This document shows positions 38,908 to 55,377 of a stretch of DNA of 64,000 nucleotides, in pieces. Within the stretch, counting starts at the first letter, position 1; every line of letters starts with the position of its first letter. The notes beneath the pieces are model-generated. The model was not told the DNA's origin. It saw nothing but the letters and a program-made list of their open reading frames with translations, and ran no database searches. The position numbers were made by a program, and so were the translations under genes. The stretch comes from Eledone cirrhosa (lineage: Eukaryota): NCBI GenBank assembly GCA_964016885.1, contig OZ024740.1, positions 301,816,001-301,880,000 on the forward strand. Reading direction: 5' to 3'.

Positions 38908-39061
38908 CAAATATATATTACTACTACAGATGTCCCACGAGCTATTGATTCGAGAGTCGGGCTAGATCGATACAGATCGTACCTTGAGTTGATCAGTAGC
39001 GAAACGAGCGTGTCATCAACCAATAAACGTAATGAAGGAGTAACCATTCGTCCTTGTATTG

Positions 39062-39202
<141 letters not shown>

Positions 39203-40179
39203 TATATTGTTATACTTGGGGAGGGTCATATTTGTGTAATATTGCCAGAATTAATAACAGAACACACTCACTGTTTGGTTGGTTTTCGCTTCTCGCTGTC
39301 TTTTATATCGGTAATCTAACTTACTCGGTCCTCAATGTTGCCATTGACTGACCGACGGTCAAAAATAATACAGACACAATATAGACACAAACACATATAT
39401 ATAGTTTATCATAAATCTTTCGTTGCACATCTGCAACATCGTCAGTGGTGTTATATTTTCCTCCTGTTGTGTTGTATGTCTACGCCATTTTTATTCAGTC
39501 TGTCTATATATTTATTTATTTATTTGCTTGTTTGTTTATTTTATTTTGTCTTCTTTGCGCATGCGTTTGCGTGTGTGTATAGTGTTTTGTTTGCTGTGTG
39601 ATGGGTGACTAGTGTGTGTTTATGTGCTTGTTGTTATTGTGCTTGTGTGTGTATTTATTTATTTATTAATTTTATTTTATTTACTTATTTATACTTCTCT
39701 TAGGTCAGTCCTGTTTGTTTGGGTGTTGTTATTCCATTCATTCTTTCTGTTTAGCCTTGGTCTTCTAGAAGACCAAGGCTAAACAGATATAAAAGACAGC
39801 GAGAAGCGAAAACCAACAAAACAGTGAGTGTGTTCTGTTATTAATTCTGGCAATATTACACAAATATGACCCTCCCCAAGTATAACAATATTTGTTTCGA
39901 CACACAATTTCATATAAAAAACCCTCGCAAAACTATATATATATATAGTAATAATAATAACATTTGAAGACTAAAATCCAAAGGGGGTTCGATAAGGATA
40001 AATATATATATCAAATATATAAGAACCGTAGTGCAAATATTTATGAAAATAACAGATTAACTTTTAAGCAAACAATCGCTGTTTTCACCCTTAATGGGAT
40101 CTTCTGAAACTCAGTTTCAGAAGATCCCGTTAAGGGTGAAAGCAGCGATTCTTTGCTTAAACTTTAATCTGTTATTTTA

Positions 40180-40240
<61 letters not shown>

Positions 40241-41747
40241 GAAGTTATATTTAATTTGTAGGAATTCCGACAAATATAAATGTTCATAACTGATATAGAG
40301 CACTCAACAGTTTACTGGAGTAAATATTCCAAGATATTAATAAATGAAAACTATATTTATAAAACCATATTTATTTTATTATATATATTTCAAGGGCGAC
40401 CGAACATACTTGGTGCGCTTTCATCAGATAAAATACAAAATATGTTTTATAAATAACGATATACCCATGAAAATCAACTTTAATGGTCGGAAATTCGCTG
40501 GATAGTGGAGACCTATTATTTGTAATTCAAAATTATGTGTGAATATGCAAATTAATGTATGAAAAATTGAAAAAGACAACCGTTTATTTAAATTACGCTC
40601 GTGAAAGATAGGGAAGAAAGACAAGGAAGAGAGAGAGAAAAAACTAGATACAGAAAAAAATTACTGTTATGAGAGAGATAGAGAGAAGAAAGAAATTTAT
40701 CAGAGGATGAACTCAAGTAACGTAAATACGTCTTAAGTTTTTATTAATGTTACGTATCTTTACTAATTATTGTTAGAATTCTAATATATTACGATATAAT
40801 ATTTAATAATTATAAGTATATAGAAAAAATATAGATATAAAGATATATTGAAAAATAAATTGAAAATAAATAGATATACAGTAGAAAATAGTAGAATCAA
40901 TATATAGAAAAATATAGATAGAAAAATAGATATATGAGTGGATAAATGGGTATATCATGTTATAGATAAATGTTTTAATAAGTTATGAGGGATACTGGTT
41001 TATTTTTAGTGTAAGTAATACAATTAACTGAGTTAATAAGATTATTTATATGTTTTTAATGTTTTAAATTGGGAAGATACTGAAAATCCAAGTTTTGTTT
41101 ATTTATGAGACCATTTTGACGAAGATATATATGTTGAAAGATATATTTAGCCATAATTAGTTAATTATTGGTTATAACTCTAATATTAAATAATTATAAA
41201 ATATTAAAAGTATTAAAAAATATGAAAAAATATGAAAAAATATTAAAAATATTAAAATATTAAAATATTAAAAGTTTCTGAATTCAGCCGAACAAAATGT
41301 GTTTTTTTCTCAATAATGGCTTTCCACTATTTTAGACGTCACATATCACATCTTAAACGGCAAGTATCAAGTTAACATTATCTTCAATTTGAAGAAATCA
41401 TGTGGGGAAGGGCAATCCTGTTGAATACCCGCTGCAGGCCGATTTCATATTATCTTTGATATTAAACACTTATATCACTATATAACACTTTTAAAAAACA
41501 ACTGTAATAGACAGAGGGCTGAGAGGGAAAGTGATCTATTCAGCAATTTGATACAGAAGCATTTTTACCAAAACAGTGCATCTTATTTATTGATTAACTA
41601 TTGTGTAAACTCTGACCATAGCTTGCGTTTATTCATTTGCGAGCATATTAGCTCCTAAATAAGAATGTAATGGCTGGAGCTCACTGAACTAAATTTGGTG
41701 AACATCGTAAACTGAATACACACACACACACACACGCACGCACACAC

Positions 41748-41788
<41 letters not shown>

Positions 41789-41839
41789 CATATTTATATA
41801 TAAAATCCAACATTAAATAGAGTACTAGATTCTTCATAT

Positions 41840-42660
41840 ATGTCATCCTCATCAAACTCCCTGAGCAGGCACATGCAGGCTCTCATTAGAGTACCCTTCT
41901 CACCGCTTTCGTTGTCACTTGTAGCCACATATCTCTATTCTACGTTACGTGTAATGGGTAGCAGTAGTGTGATCTGTCCAGTATTTGATGTTGTTCGAGC
42001 AGGATTTCCTTTCACTACATCTTTTTCGCCTCCCCTCCACTATGCTCTGAAAGATAACTTTAGGCAGGATAACGTGTTGATATTACCAGACAAGTTGCAA
42101 GCCTATTTTTGACTTGTTGCTTATTTGCTTTGTCCTCTGAATACTGGATGCATATACAGTGCTTCAATGTTCTTCGTCCCACCGTCTTGTACGGTTTCAG
42201 CCACGTTGTGCACCACTGCAATTGCTTTTTCTTCATATAATTTATAGATTCTTTATGGAAGAAGTGTACTAACTTTTCCTCATCTCCTTCTTGAGTTCTG
42301 CCGTATTATGATTTAGTTTGCTGTATTCTAGTTATAACCAAAACATTGCTATTATTCTCAGCAGATTTCCATTGTGTGTGCTTCTGATACCTATTAATGT
42401 CTGGTAGTGTGATCCTTGGGATCTACTTTACTGATTCTTAAAGGGTGAATAACATCAGCATATCTCGGGTTGAAAATGGGCTGTGCTCCAATGAAAATGA
42501 ATATGTAGAATTCTTCGAATGTTTCTTGAATGATTTTCATAAGAATCATGATAAAAGACGGTTGAGATAGAAGACATCCCTGCTGAAATCCTATAGTGTT
42601 CATAAAGAATTTCCCGATGTTATTATTCACAACTTCACTGTTTCAGTTTTTATACAACAA
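41840..42660 (-). pseudogene. Decayed RTE-like LINE 3' part
   Basis: IGFQQGCLLSQ…IGAQPIFNPRYAD (cf. VGVRQGCLLSP…IGG..I.NLRFADD), with a downstream LSFRA*WRGG…GNP region. Confidence 0.7.
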
Positions 42661-45600
42661 ATGAATTACGCTGCTCAAATTGCTATCGAATGTGTAGTCC
42701 TGTATCGCCTTCGAAAAGTCTTGTGCCAAACTTAAAAAAATCTTTTGACCGCGTTATGTATGTGGAAATACTATTCGATATACATAAACCCAAGTTCATT
42801 TTTGATAATTCTTATCAAATGTTTGCTTGATTAAACAATTTGTGTGTCTGTATGAAAAGCCATATTTTATGGTATGGTACATTTGTACTATAGCATTAGT
42901 GATATATTGCAGCTGGCATAGATTGTGAATGATGTCGATTGATACTACAATATATTAATTGCAACTTTGATGTACCTGCTTCCTAAAGGATCGTCCTGAC
43001 TGAGGGCTAGCTTTTGCACGTTACGACTTTGATCAATAAATCCAAACACTTCTTTTATTTGATCAACACCATACAAAGGCTCTGCATTCCTATATATACG
43101 GCTGTTGATGGGTAATATATATATTTACACCACCATATTCATATGTGCATCTTGACTTGCTCTTCACGAAGAATGTTTTGGCAATAGTAATTATTTTAGT
43201 TTTCTGTATATTGCCAAATGGGAAATTATGGGTTTTAGATTTAAGCAGTTCGAGATTTTTAAATTCTTAGATACTATGATTATATTTCTCCATGTTTCTG
43301 ACAATATTTGTGCATGTTATATGTTAGAGCTAGACATTTTCACATTCTCATTTCCAGCTGCATTTGATTTTGTTTTTTGTATTGAGTGGAGTAAACCTGT
43401 TGTTATTATATCTTTCCATTTATGTTTAGGTAGTGATACATATACTATGTACAGGCCCTACCCATCCAAAACAATTCTCAACTACTGATTTTAACCTAAT
43501 TCAGAGTAATTCGTTAATCTTAGTTCAATACATATTGGTGCTTTCATTAACAAAACATTTTCACTTTACTTAATCATGTCTGTTTAAAACGAATAATAGC
43601 ATTTTTAATTATGTTATAATATATTCTCATTAATATTTGTGTTACTAAATATACTATTAAGGGTTGGGTATTGGCAAAACAGCTAGATTATCTGATAATC
43701 GGTAAGCAATATATGATCCACTCCTGAGATCAAATCAGGCCTAGCTTCCCTTTTCCCTTCATCCTTCCAGTTTCGATAAAATAAAAAAGCGGTAAAAACC
43801 TAGGGTCGATGTAGTCAACTTTCCCTTTCATTTCAAATTGCTGCTCTTATTGCAAAAGATGAAACAATTATGAAATGGCTTGTTATGGTGTGGGAATGGC
43901 GAACCCATTTGAGATTCGGACACAATGCTTTACAGAATTCAGATGCGGCTTCTTAGGTTCTATATTCCATCATTTTGGGTTTTATAAAATAAAGAACCAC
44001 TGAAGTACTGGGATCGATACAATCGACCTTCGCTTTCCAAAACATTGATGCACGTGTGCCAAAATTAAAGCCACCACTTAACGTTCAGACGAGAAAATAT
44101 CGGCAGAGTGTTTAGGGGTGATTTTAATTATTCACACATAAATATGTAAGTATTCACGCGAATTCATTCATTTGTTAAACAATTAAAGATATATTGAGAA
44201 TGTACTCAGTCGACTATATTTCCCCTCATATATTTAGATTTTATATCTTGAGGGGATACAAATGAATCACTGTTATTATCATTATTCTCATTAATTGTTA
44301 TATTATAGATGCTAGTTTGACGTAATTTAGCGCGACTGACAGGTGAAGTGATGCGAAATATGAACGATATAATGTACCGTTTATGGAGTATTTAGAAATT
44401 GACACGCTACATAAAACTGAATTCACTTCTGTTTATCTGAACGCATATCATGTCATACTATGCGACATATATTGCAATTGCATTTCTGAACAGTAGACTC
44501 ATAAGCTTGTCTTGCTAAACATGATTTTCTCTTCATTGACGTGTACGGATATAATAATAAAAATAATGGATAGTCACTACTTCCAGAATCACTGCAGAAG
44601 AAATTGTCGAAAATATTTGGATTGGCATAGCTGTCTCATGAAATATCTCTTTATTATTTTCCTGGTGCCATCATGGAAATTACTTGGCAATGCATGATAA
44701 CATTATTGGGTATTTTCTGCTGCAACAGTTTTAAGTGACATTTTTTAAAAGGATTCTACGATTTTATTTGCAGCATATAGCAATTTAGATTAAAACGATG
44801 CTGTCAGATATCAGAGTATTTTCACTAATCGATTGCCATCATTTTCATCATTCTGATTGCCATTAAAATACACGTCTATTGTTCACAGACAGGTAACAAA
44901 ATTTCATTCTAAATGCATTGAATTACCACGAGTTCGTTTACTTTGTAACCACACACCAATATACAACACATATATATAAATACACACACACTAGCACAAA
45001 TGGTGTGTAGTTTTATACGTACACACACTATATTGAGAAACATTCAAGGATATAAATATTAAGAAGTACCAGTATCAAGTATGAACTAAGGGTCAATTTT
45101 CTTTACAACAAATCAATAATTAAAATATCTTAGGCTTTATGACGTTGACTCTTAGTTTGTGATGTGATACTTGTGTCAAATGAATGGACATGTGCTCTTT
45201 CTTTGAATAACATCGTTGGTGACACGGGCTTTGCGTCTACACCATTTTTAATAAAGTAGTGCTCTAGAGAGAACTCACCATTGTCGTATCAACAATTTCT
45301 ACTAAGATTAACCGAATCATCTGTTTCCAGGAAAATATATTTTGTCACACAAGGTTATGTACCTCTCATGTAATTAAATATATGATTAACACTATATAAT
45401 TCATATTATAATACTACAAAGTATAAGGAATATTTTTAATTCTTGAAAGGTGACTTAACAAAAATATTGCTTAAACCCTTGTCAAAAGTGTGGGAGAGTC
45501 ATATCGTGTGTGATACAGAATCGATAGAATGAAATTAATAAATAAGCAATGTTAAATATATATATTATATATGTGTCTATAAATGACGAGAGGATTAGGA

Positions 45601-48394
45601 TCATTTACTGAACTTTATATGAATAGCATACTAACCTGGTCATGAATAATTTTATTTGATGGATGCCAAATTATGATGGGGGTAGTTTACCAGTATAATG
45701 TTTCAAAACATTAGCGCGTCTACTCCATGAATCTATGATTCAGGTGAGTTAAATACCGTTTGACTGGGATATCTAATATATATTTTTAGAATATTGGTTT
45801 AATGATGCAAAGACGTTGGAGAGTGCTACTCAACAAATATATAACCTTTTGGGAAAGAAAATTAAATATTATAATATACATACATGAAAAATAACAATTA
45901 AAACCTGCCCTAGTAGAAATGTTTAAAAACACGGACACTAAACCTTTACCAAATTCATACATGGATATGAATTATCATGACATAACAAACTCTCGATTCT
46001 GGCTATTATCTGTTTCGTTATAGTGAAGTGTAGTTGTAATCGGAGTTTAAAGTGTTTTTACCGTTATCAAACCAGTCATGGAATTCTGAAATCACCCATG
46101 GCATACGTCTAATTCATCAACCTGCATTAAATGCACCTGCTTCAGCTAAAGCATTACATGGTTTATTTTACTCGTACAATGCCTTTAATATTTTGAGCAT
46201 ATTTGTGCTTTATATGTGCTTCGATACTTTGACGCATATCTTCTATTATGTGCCAAATCTTCGTAACAACTTAAAAAATCACCTTAGTGTCGGTAATTGT
46301 AAAAGCGAGTTGTTGAATGTTTTCGTTTGACAATCGTTTTCAAACCATTAAGAAATCTAACATCTCTTCGAGGAGATACTGGCCTGTAATGCATATAATT
46401 ATATGAATGTTGCAATTGATTAACCGCTTAGAAACCATGGTCTGTTTTGTTATTAATGACATCTACTTGACGTAAATGACCTTATTAAGCTACGTAACGT
46501 AGCGCTCTGCCAGATAGAGTAGGTGAAATCGTGGTGGTCATTGGTAGATTGTAAGTTTAATAATGAGAATCATGGGATTTTGCTTTCTTGTCAGTATGCA
46601 GGATAATATTAATATTTTGAAGAGCTTGTAATTTAACAGCTGCGCGTTATACGTGTGTAATCGTAGCACAAACATTTTTTCTGAATCTTTATGTTATCAT
46701 AATCATAATCATTATTAAGATGAAGATATGTGTCATAAAAGTAGCATCATGCGAAGAACTATCACTTGAACCTAGTAATCATATAATGTGACAACAGTTA
46801 TAATAAGCATTAGATTTTAGCATTTTTGCAATTAACAATCTCTGATGTCAGCACATAGATGTAGAATACTATATTATTAAAAAACATTTTTTTGCGTGTG
46901 CAATATATAAACACCTCAATTTAACGTGTTTTACATCATGGGCTGAGATTCATCTTCTTTTGTACCTAGGACTGCGAGGACCGCTGGACCCCATGTGTCT
47001 TTACGCTAATTGTAGGCTATGATACCGTACATAGCCGACGGTGTTCCATGATGTTTGACGGAGAAGTGAGGCTAACTCTGTTTGAACTAATCCCTTCCCT
47101 CGTGGTCACTATGACCGTTTCATTTTTGCTTGCAGTTCTTGCAAAAAGGACATTTGTTCTTGCGCTGCCCTTGATGTTGTAGTTGTTATTCTTAGTGTTT
47201 CTGTGTGTTTTGTGTTGTTGTTGTTGCTTTTCATGTTATTGTTCTTGCCATTTGCGTTGTCGCTCATGTCGACCTTACTGTTATTACTATTGTTTGCTTG
47301 TGTTATATTTATTGTTGCCTTTTTAGTGGTGTGGCTGTTATTGATATTGTTGTTCATGTTGATATTACTGTTATCTTTGTCCTTCTTCTTATTATTTGTG
47401 TTCTTAGGGTTGTCTGTGTTGGTTTTAAATTTGTGTGTTCGTTTCAGTTATTATTGTAGGGGTACTGTGATGGTGCACAAGCGGCGTTCAAATAGTTAAA
47501 TATTGGCGAAGGCGGAAAATCTATTTTTTAGCAGTTGCCGCACGGGATAACTTTTGGTTATTGTTGTTTTTGTCAACGATGCCGTCTACAGCGTTGGTAA
47601 TGATAGCACCGTTCATAATGGGTGTTGTGGGAGCGGTGTCAATGTTTCAGCCGCTCTCACGTGGAAGGTAACTCAACAGGGAGGGGGGGAGATTATTGCA
47701 TCCATATTTTTTAACCTTTTCCTTTTTTCAAGAATAAAGTTCAATTATTTGGGCCCAAATATTATGAACTGTCATTTTTAGAGAGCAATATATATGAACG
47801 TATCAACAGTCAACAACAAAAAAGCTTCCATAACTAGCAATTGAAACAACATAAAAAGAACAATACTTCTAGAGGTGATATCAATACGTCCGTCGAAAAT
47901 GAGAAACGAAATAATAATAGTATTAATAATAATAATACTAATATATTAAAATGTTTCGCATCACAACGTCAATCTAAAATGCATTTATGGAAATAAAAAC
48001 AAAAAGTTTATACTGAGAATTGTCATAGAAATAAATCATGAAATTCAATGGAGAATTCACCGAGTTGAAATATAGCACCGCATTCGAAAGTTATCTCTAA
48101 ACCTAATATATATATATATTTAAAGAGTAGTAACTGAAAAAACAAATAGTAAAGCAAAATTGAAGACATGATTGTCCAAGGAATACAATATTTTGTAAAG
48201 ATTCGAAAATATAGAATCTTTGAAGAGAACGTATGTAAATCATCTTTTCTTACATTTGAAGTAATGGCAATTGGATCTTTTAATTTAATGTCCATATATG
48301 TGTGCGTGGTTTTGGTCTGCGTGTATCTCTTTGTTTGTAAGCGTGTGTATACACTGTATATCTGTGTTCATCCCTCTCATATATCCACTTATAT

Positions 48395-48790
<396 letters not shown>

Positions 48791-48920
48791 TGGATATATG
48801 AGAGGGATGAACAAAGATATAACTTTACATGTGTTCCAATTATATTACACGGCTCGTAAAGATTCCCTTCTTTCAGCTATTTAATTGTAAAAGACTATTT
48901 TCAGTTTTTAACTCAATCTA

Positions 48921-49007
<87 letters not shown>

Positions 49008-49199
49008 TTAAGGTCAGGTACTATAACGGCACCATACCAATTAAGAATGATTTGTTAGACCTGAAGACCAACGTATTAGACCTGTGCCGATGAAAATGGC
49101 ACCGTTGTGATAGCTAGCTTCATTAATTATATTCAAACTAGCCCTACAGACTTGAGTTATTTTTCCCAACCTACTATTGAATATATGTATATATATATA

Positions 49200-50880
49200 T
49201 ATTACTCTCGGCGTGTGGCCTCCGACTCACCTAGAAACTTATTCGACGCCTTAGAGAAAAACTTCCCACCCAACCATAAATCCAAAAAAATCCTCAATAA
49301 GAATAACATTAAAATATCCTTCTCCACTACACCTAATCTAGCTGACCTCATAGCGATAAGTAACTACAGCAAGATCACTAACACACAGCATCCTAGCAGA
49401 GACAATCTTAGAAAATACGGCAGATTGGGTAACCCTAGCGATTCCCTAGCCGCATTCGGCAATATTGGTGGTAACCTTGACCGGCAAGCTCGGCGCTGGA
49501 GTAGTACGGCCGAGGGCTGCGATACGGACCTCAACAGTGCGAGCAACCGTGGTAGAAGGCGCAGTAATATACAGCGTACACATGGTACTACCCTGTGCGT
49601 CCCTAACTTTGGTAATACTAACGACAACAATCGAAGCTGTGGTCCCTATAATAATAATAATGTTAATAACATTATCGCGGTGGGTAATAACAATAGCCGT
49701 CCCGAGGTGACCGTGGTAAGCACTGCAACTGTCGTGACCCCTCTAACTGTCCGCTACGGGGCCAATGCCTAACTAGAAATGTTATATACAAATGTACTGT
49801 TACTAGCCACAATAGTGTCAAATGCTACATAGGAGCCACTTCTGGGTCGTTCAAGACTAGATTTCGAGCGCATCTTCACTCTTTTAGAAATAGGAAACTA
49901 AAGCACTCTACATCCCTCGCCAATAACATCACCAGTTTAAACGACGCTAGCACCAGCTTCTCCACTTATTGGGAAATTGTCAACCTCGCAACACCCTACA
50001 ACTTCAAGAAGAACTGCCAGATTTGTCTCATGGAGCTTTACTATATCGTACAAGCGCCCCCTGATCACATCAACAGGCGAGTCGAAACCGTCATCAAATG
50101 CGGTCATAGACTACAGCAGTCGTTCTACAGATGGACCCCGGATAATACCCAAGCACCATAGTACCAGGGCATGTTACACCGCACCCTGGCTTGTCTTAAA
50201 ACGGTGGACTAAAAAATTAAACATCTGTGAACTATACTATTATCCAGCGACCGTCATCTCTCAAGGGTGTTGCACTACATGTGTCCGCACTTAATTGCCT
50301 CGTCATACTCCTCCACACCAACGGAATAAATCTTGAGTATCTCTACAGGATCGATGATTGTGCCATATAAACACCTCGGGCATATAATCATGTGACTATG
50401 CAAGACCTGACGTTTAACCCTTTACACTTTCCGGAGTGTATACCCTTGTCGAATTTACTACCTCATACTAAATTAGACTGTACATAAGTCTCACCGACCA
50501 TTATTTTACCGAACACTCACATTCATACCTTAATTGTGCCTCTGCAAAGTGGCTTAACAAAGCATTATTAAATTAGCATATAGTAAATAGACCCACTGGA
50601 GTAAATGAATATTCTATAATAGTGGAACTGAATTTTAGCAGAGAACTCCGAAATTAACACCGGAATTACTTCCCTTTTTTACACAAGTCTGAGCAGCTAA
50701 CTCTGTAGCAGTTAATATGAATTTCGATGTGAACAATGTATTCGTACACATACATGGTTCCTAATTAAACCCTTTATTTCCCTCAGAGCCTCCGACGAGC
50801 CCAACTTGGACGTAATATGTGTAAGAACTCCTTATAAATTATATTTTAACAGTCTGCTTCTCTTTCTTCAATTTCTTCGA
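49200..50880 (+). mobile_element. PLE 3' fragment (thumb plus GIY-YIG) with a degenerate pLTR HHR at 50786-50830
   Basis: LEKNFPPNHKSKKILNKNNIKISFSTTPNL, CPLRGQCLTRNVIYKC, CYIGATSGSFKTRFRAHLHSF. Confidence 0.8.
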
Positions 50881-51099
50881 GTATATATATATATATATAT
50901 ACAGTATATATATATATATATATATGAGTGTGTGTGTATGTGCGTGCGCGTGTATGCGTGTGTGCGCGCGTGCGTATGCATTTAGTTTGAAATGGGGAAA
51001 TTCCAAATCAAAGTTCACAGGTAAAAAAGTAAAAGTGATAAATCAAAGGCCTATATTTCAATATTTTTTCTTTAACCCGACAGAATGATTATTATTTGG

Positions 51100-51280
51100 A
51101 TTGGAAGTATCGCTAGAGGGTCGGACGCCATACTTTGCAGCAAAGAGTTACGGCCCTTTATGGTTTGAGTTCAAGGTTAATTTTGCCTTTCATCCTTACG
51201 GGGTCGATAAAATAAAGTACCAGTAATACACTGGTATAATTGCTGGCCTTGTGCCAAAAGTAGAAACAATTATTATAATT
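51100..51280 (+). mobile_element. tRNA-derived SINE
   Basis: Same family as 3770-3960. Confidence 0.7.
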
Positions 51281-51616
51281 GTTACATTAATCAGAATACC
51301 ATTTTGTCAGCTGTTACCGGTTTCGATTGGTATATCAAACTTATCATATATTCCAATATGGTTGTAAGCTGTTAGAACATATGTTAATTTTCTGTCAAAA
51401 TCTTTTCTCATATATATTTTATTTATGAAGGTAACGTGGTGATGGCGAAATTGATGTTCAATAGATCAGGATTGAATTGATTCACTAAACAATTCTGTCG
51501 TTTAAAATTTAAAATTCTTTTTGTATTCACAATAATAGTCCAGATGGCATTTCTTGTTGTGTGTCTGTTTACAGGTATATGCATTTATCTAGTATTAGTA
51601 GTAGTAGTAGTAGCAA

Positions 51617-51693
<77 letters not shown>

Positions 51694-52569
51694 ACACCGC
51701 AACAACAGCAGCAGTAATATGTCCGGGACCTCAAAACTACGGCACAAAAGCATAAACGGTTATAAAAATTCTGGAATCTTATGAAAGAATGTTCACACAT
51801 TTCACGCTTATCTGGAATGACAAAATATCAATATTCAAAGATAAATAATCAATATTTTATCATCTCATTTACATAAATCTTATTGAAAATATTTGTCACA
51901 TTCTACAATTGTTGTAATCATTTCAATTGACAACAAATCTGCCACACACTCACATATTTGTAATCACTCCTTACGCGGTATTGTTCGCTCAGTCGATGGC
52001 ATGCTTCTATGTTGCCATATCAAATTATGTCAGGTTTTCAGTGTCGTACCCGTCGAATTCTATTTGAATATTCCTCACAATATGCGAATTTACGTATTAG
52101 AGTAACATGGCACAAGAACGATTATTATGCGGTGGACAATCACATGCATCTAGTACTTATTGTGATACTGTCAACAATATTTAATGGCATGTAGTTTGGA
52201 AGATTTTCATTCGGTATAACACAATCCTTCAGGACATGTGTCCACGTGGAGATTCGGATAAACGACTTCAATAATAGGAGAGGACGATCTCGAGAAATGA
52301 ATAATGCAAATATTTAATCAATTCACAATAACAAATAAATACTTCACAGATATTTTTAAACACATGCGAAGAAAAGGCATATCTATCGTGTAAGCTTAAG
52401 AATAGATTTTAGGAGCTTTACAGCATTGAAATAATTACGTTTTACTAGACAAAACCCATATTCTGCAGAAGGGAGCAAAAGCACCGATATGTAAGATTTT
52501 ATTATTTAAAACGACATTACATTCTTAAATAAGATACTCACACACATGTGAGCATTAACAGCACATGGT

Positions 52570-52910
52570 TATGGCCCTTTACGGTCTGAGTTCAAATTCC
52601 GCCCGGGTTAACTTTGCCTTTCATCTATACAGGGTCAATAAAATAAAGTACAACTAATGCACTGGGGTAATTGCTGGCCTTGTGCGAAAAGTAGAAACAA
52701 TTATTAACAACACATGGGCGATGGATTGGCAGTATCGGTAGATGGTCGGACTCCATTTTTTGCAGCTTATTGCTACAGCACTTTACGGCCTCAGTTCAAT
52801 TCCAACCAAGGGTAACTTTGCCTTTCATCCATACAGGGTCAATAAAATAAAGCACCAGTAATGCAGTGGTAATTGCTGGCATTGTGCAACAATGAGAAAC
52901 CATTATTAAT
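52570..52910 (+). mobile_element. Two tandem SINE copies
   Basis: gagttcaaattccgcc…gcctttcatc…gggtcaataaaataaag occurs twice. Confidence 0.7.
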
Positions 52911-53411
52911 AAAATATTGTGACAAAACACACTTATGAACAAAATATGCTTAGACCCAACTCTCACGCGCATGCGCAGACGCACATTTACTCTCATATAT
53001 ATATATCGCATTTCGGCGGGTAGAAATTAGCGAAACGCAACTTCCATATTGTGCTGAGAAGCGCTCCATGGATATGAAGAAGATACCAGAGCTATAAACA
53101 TATATATATATATATATATAGATAGAGAGAGAGAGAGAGAGTGAGAGATGGAAAAGAATGAAACGAAATTTCATTTCTCACTCTTAGTACGGCTGATACC
53201 TAAATGTAAGTATGTATACGTACATACATATATGTGTAAAGACGTACAGTAGTATGTATATATAAACATACATGCACACATATATAGATGTACGTATGGG
53301 TTTACCGAACATTTATTATAATATTCGGTTTGTTTGTTAACAAATAGCCCGAATTACGCCGTACAGTGCTCGGCAACCATCGTCGCCCTTTTGTTCAACA
53401 CTGACACAGAA

Positions 53412-53454
53412 ACGATGTACTACTTTCAAGCTTATTAGCTATCGTCAGCATCGT
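53412..53454 (-). ncRNA. Minimal type I HHR within a rearranged direct/inverted repeat cluster (53147-54075)
   Basis: acgatg CTGACGA t-agc-taataa-gct-t GAAA gtag TA catcgt. Confidence 0.7.
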
Positions 53455-53762
53455 ATACCTTTCTGTCAGATGATTGACCGTACGTTTGAAAGTATATACT
53501 TTCCTTATGCATATTAACGGCTGAGTAGCATAATTTGCACATCGAGCGAGTTGGTCGTCCGGGCGCACCGACAACGATAAATGGAAAAGAATGAAACGAA
53601 ATTTCATTTCTCACTCTTAGTGCGGCTGATACCTAAATATAAGTATGTATAAGTACATACATATATGTGTACGACGATGGTTGCGAGCACTGTACGGCGT
53701 AATTCGGGCTGTTTGTTTACAAACAAACCGAACATTATAATAAATGTTCGGTAAACTCATAC

Positions 53763-53841
<79 letters not shown>

Positions 53842-54102
53842 CATGTATGTATATATATATATATATACTACTGTACGTCTGTACACATATATGTATGTAC
53901 GTATACATACTTATATTTAGGTATCAGCCGTACTAAGAGTGAGACATGAAATTTCGTTTCATTCTTTTCTATTTATCGTTTTCGGTGCGCCCGGCCGACT
54001 AACTCACTCGATATGCAAATTAGGCTGGTCAGTGGTTAATATGCATAAGGAAAGTATATACTTTCAAACGATCAATCATATATATATATATATATGTATA
54101 TA

Positions 54103-54360
<258 letters not shown>

Positions 54361-54731
54361 TTGTCATCGTGTGATATTCTATGTGTTATTGTTATGGCTT
54401 AATTATTATAAGTTGTGGTTTTGTGTTGTTTCTTAGTCCATGGTTCGGTGATTTGACCTGTGTCAGACGCTGTGACCCCTGGTGAACCAGCAATACCGAC
54501 GGTAGGAGCGAAACTGCCAAAGTATATCTCAACGGCCGATGAGCCTGGAGTTCTGTGTCTTCCATTTGGATTTTTATTTTCAAAAATAATTTTTTAAAAC
54601 TTCTCCTGAGAAATTGTTTTCATTTTTTCATTTTGCTTTTGTTATCGTTCCTCGTTTTATCCTGTCTTTGTCGTTTCCTACACCCCACCCCTCACACACA
54701 CACACATACACACACGCACACACACACACAC

Positions 54732-54829
<98 letters not shown>

Positions 54830-55049
54830 ATAATAATAATAATAAATTTGAAGACTAATATCCAAAGAGGGCTCGATAAGGAGAATATATATGAAATATA
54901 TAAGAATCGTAGAGCAAATATTTATTAAAATAACAGATTAAAGTTTAAGCAAAGTATCGCTGCTTTCACCCTTAATGGGATCTCCTGAGTTTCAGAAGAT
55001 CCCGGCAAGGGTGAAAGCAGCGATTCTTTGCTTAAACTTTAATCTGTTA

Positions 55050-55103
<54 letters not shown>

Positions 55104-55305
55104 AACGAGTAGGAACCCGACGGCTGAGTTCAAGCCGTTTCGACGGCTAATTCTGGACTCCAGTTCTGAGTCCAGAATTAGCCGTCGAAACGGCTTGATC
55201 CCAGCCGTCGGGGTCCTACTCGTTCCTATTACCCACTCTACTACCCTAAGTATTGAGTACTTTGGTGCGTTATTGTCCACCTGGTTCCTTACCACATTTC
55301 CTTCG

Positions 55306-55371
<66 letters not shown>

Positions 55372-55377
<6 letters not shown>

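Noticed and set aside
42660-46950. Possible host exons in the least repetitive interval
   Set aside because: No sustained ORF or recognisable domain; splice-like sites are not distinguishable from background.
47534-47667. Plus-strand exon candidate (ttttagcag…AAG|GTAACT)
   Set aside because: One open frame with no recognisable product and no supporting neighbouring exons.
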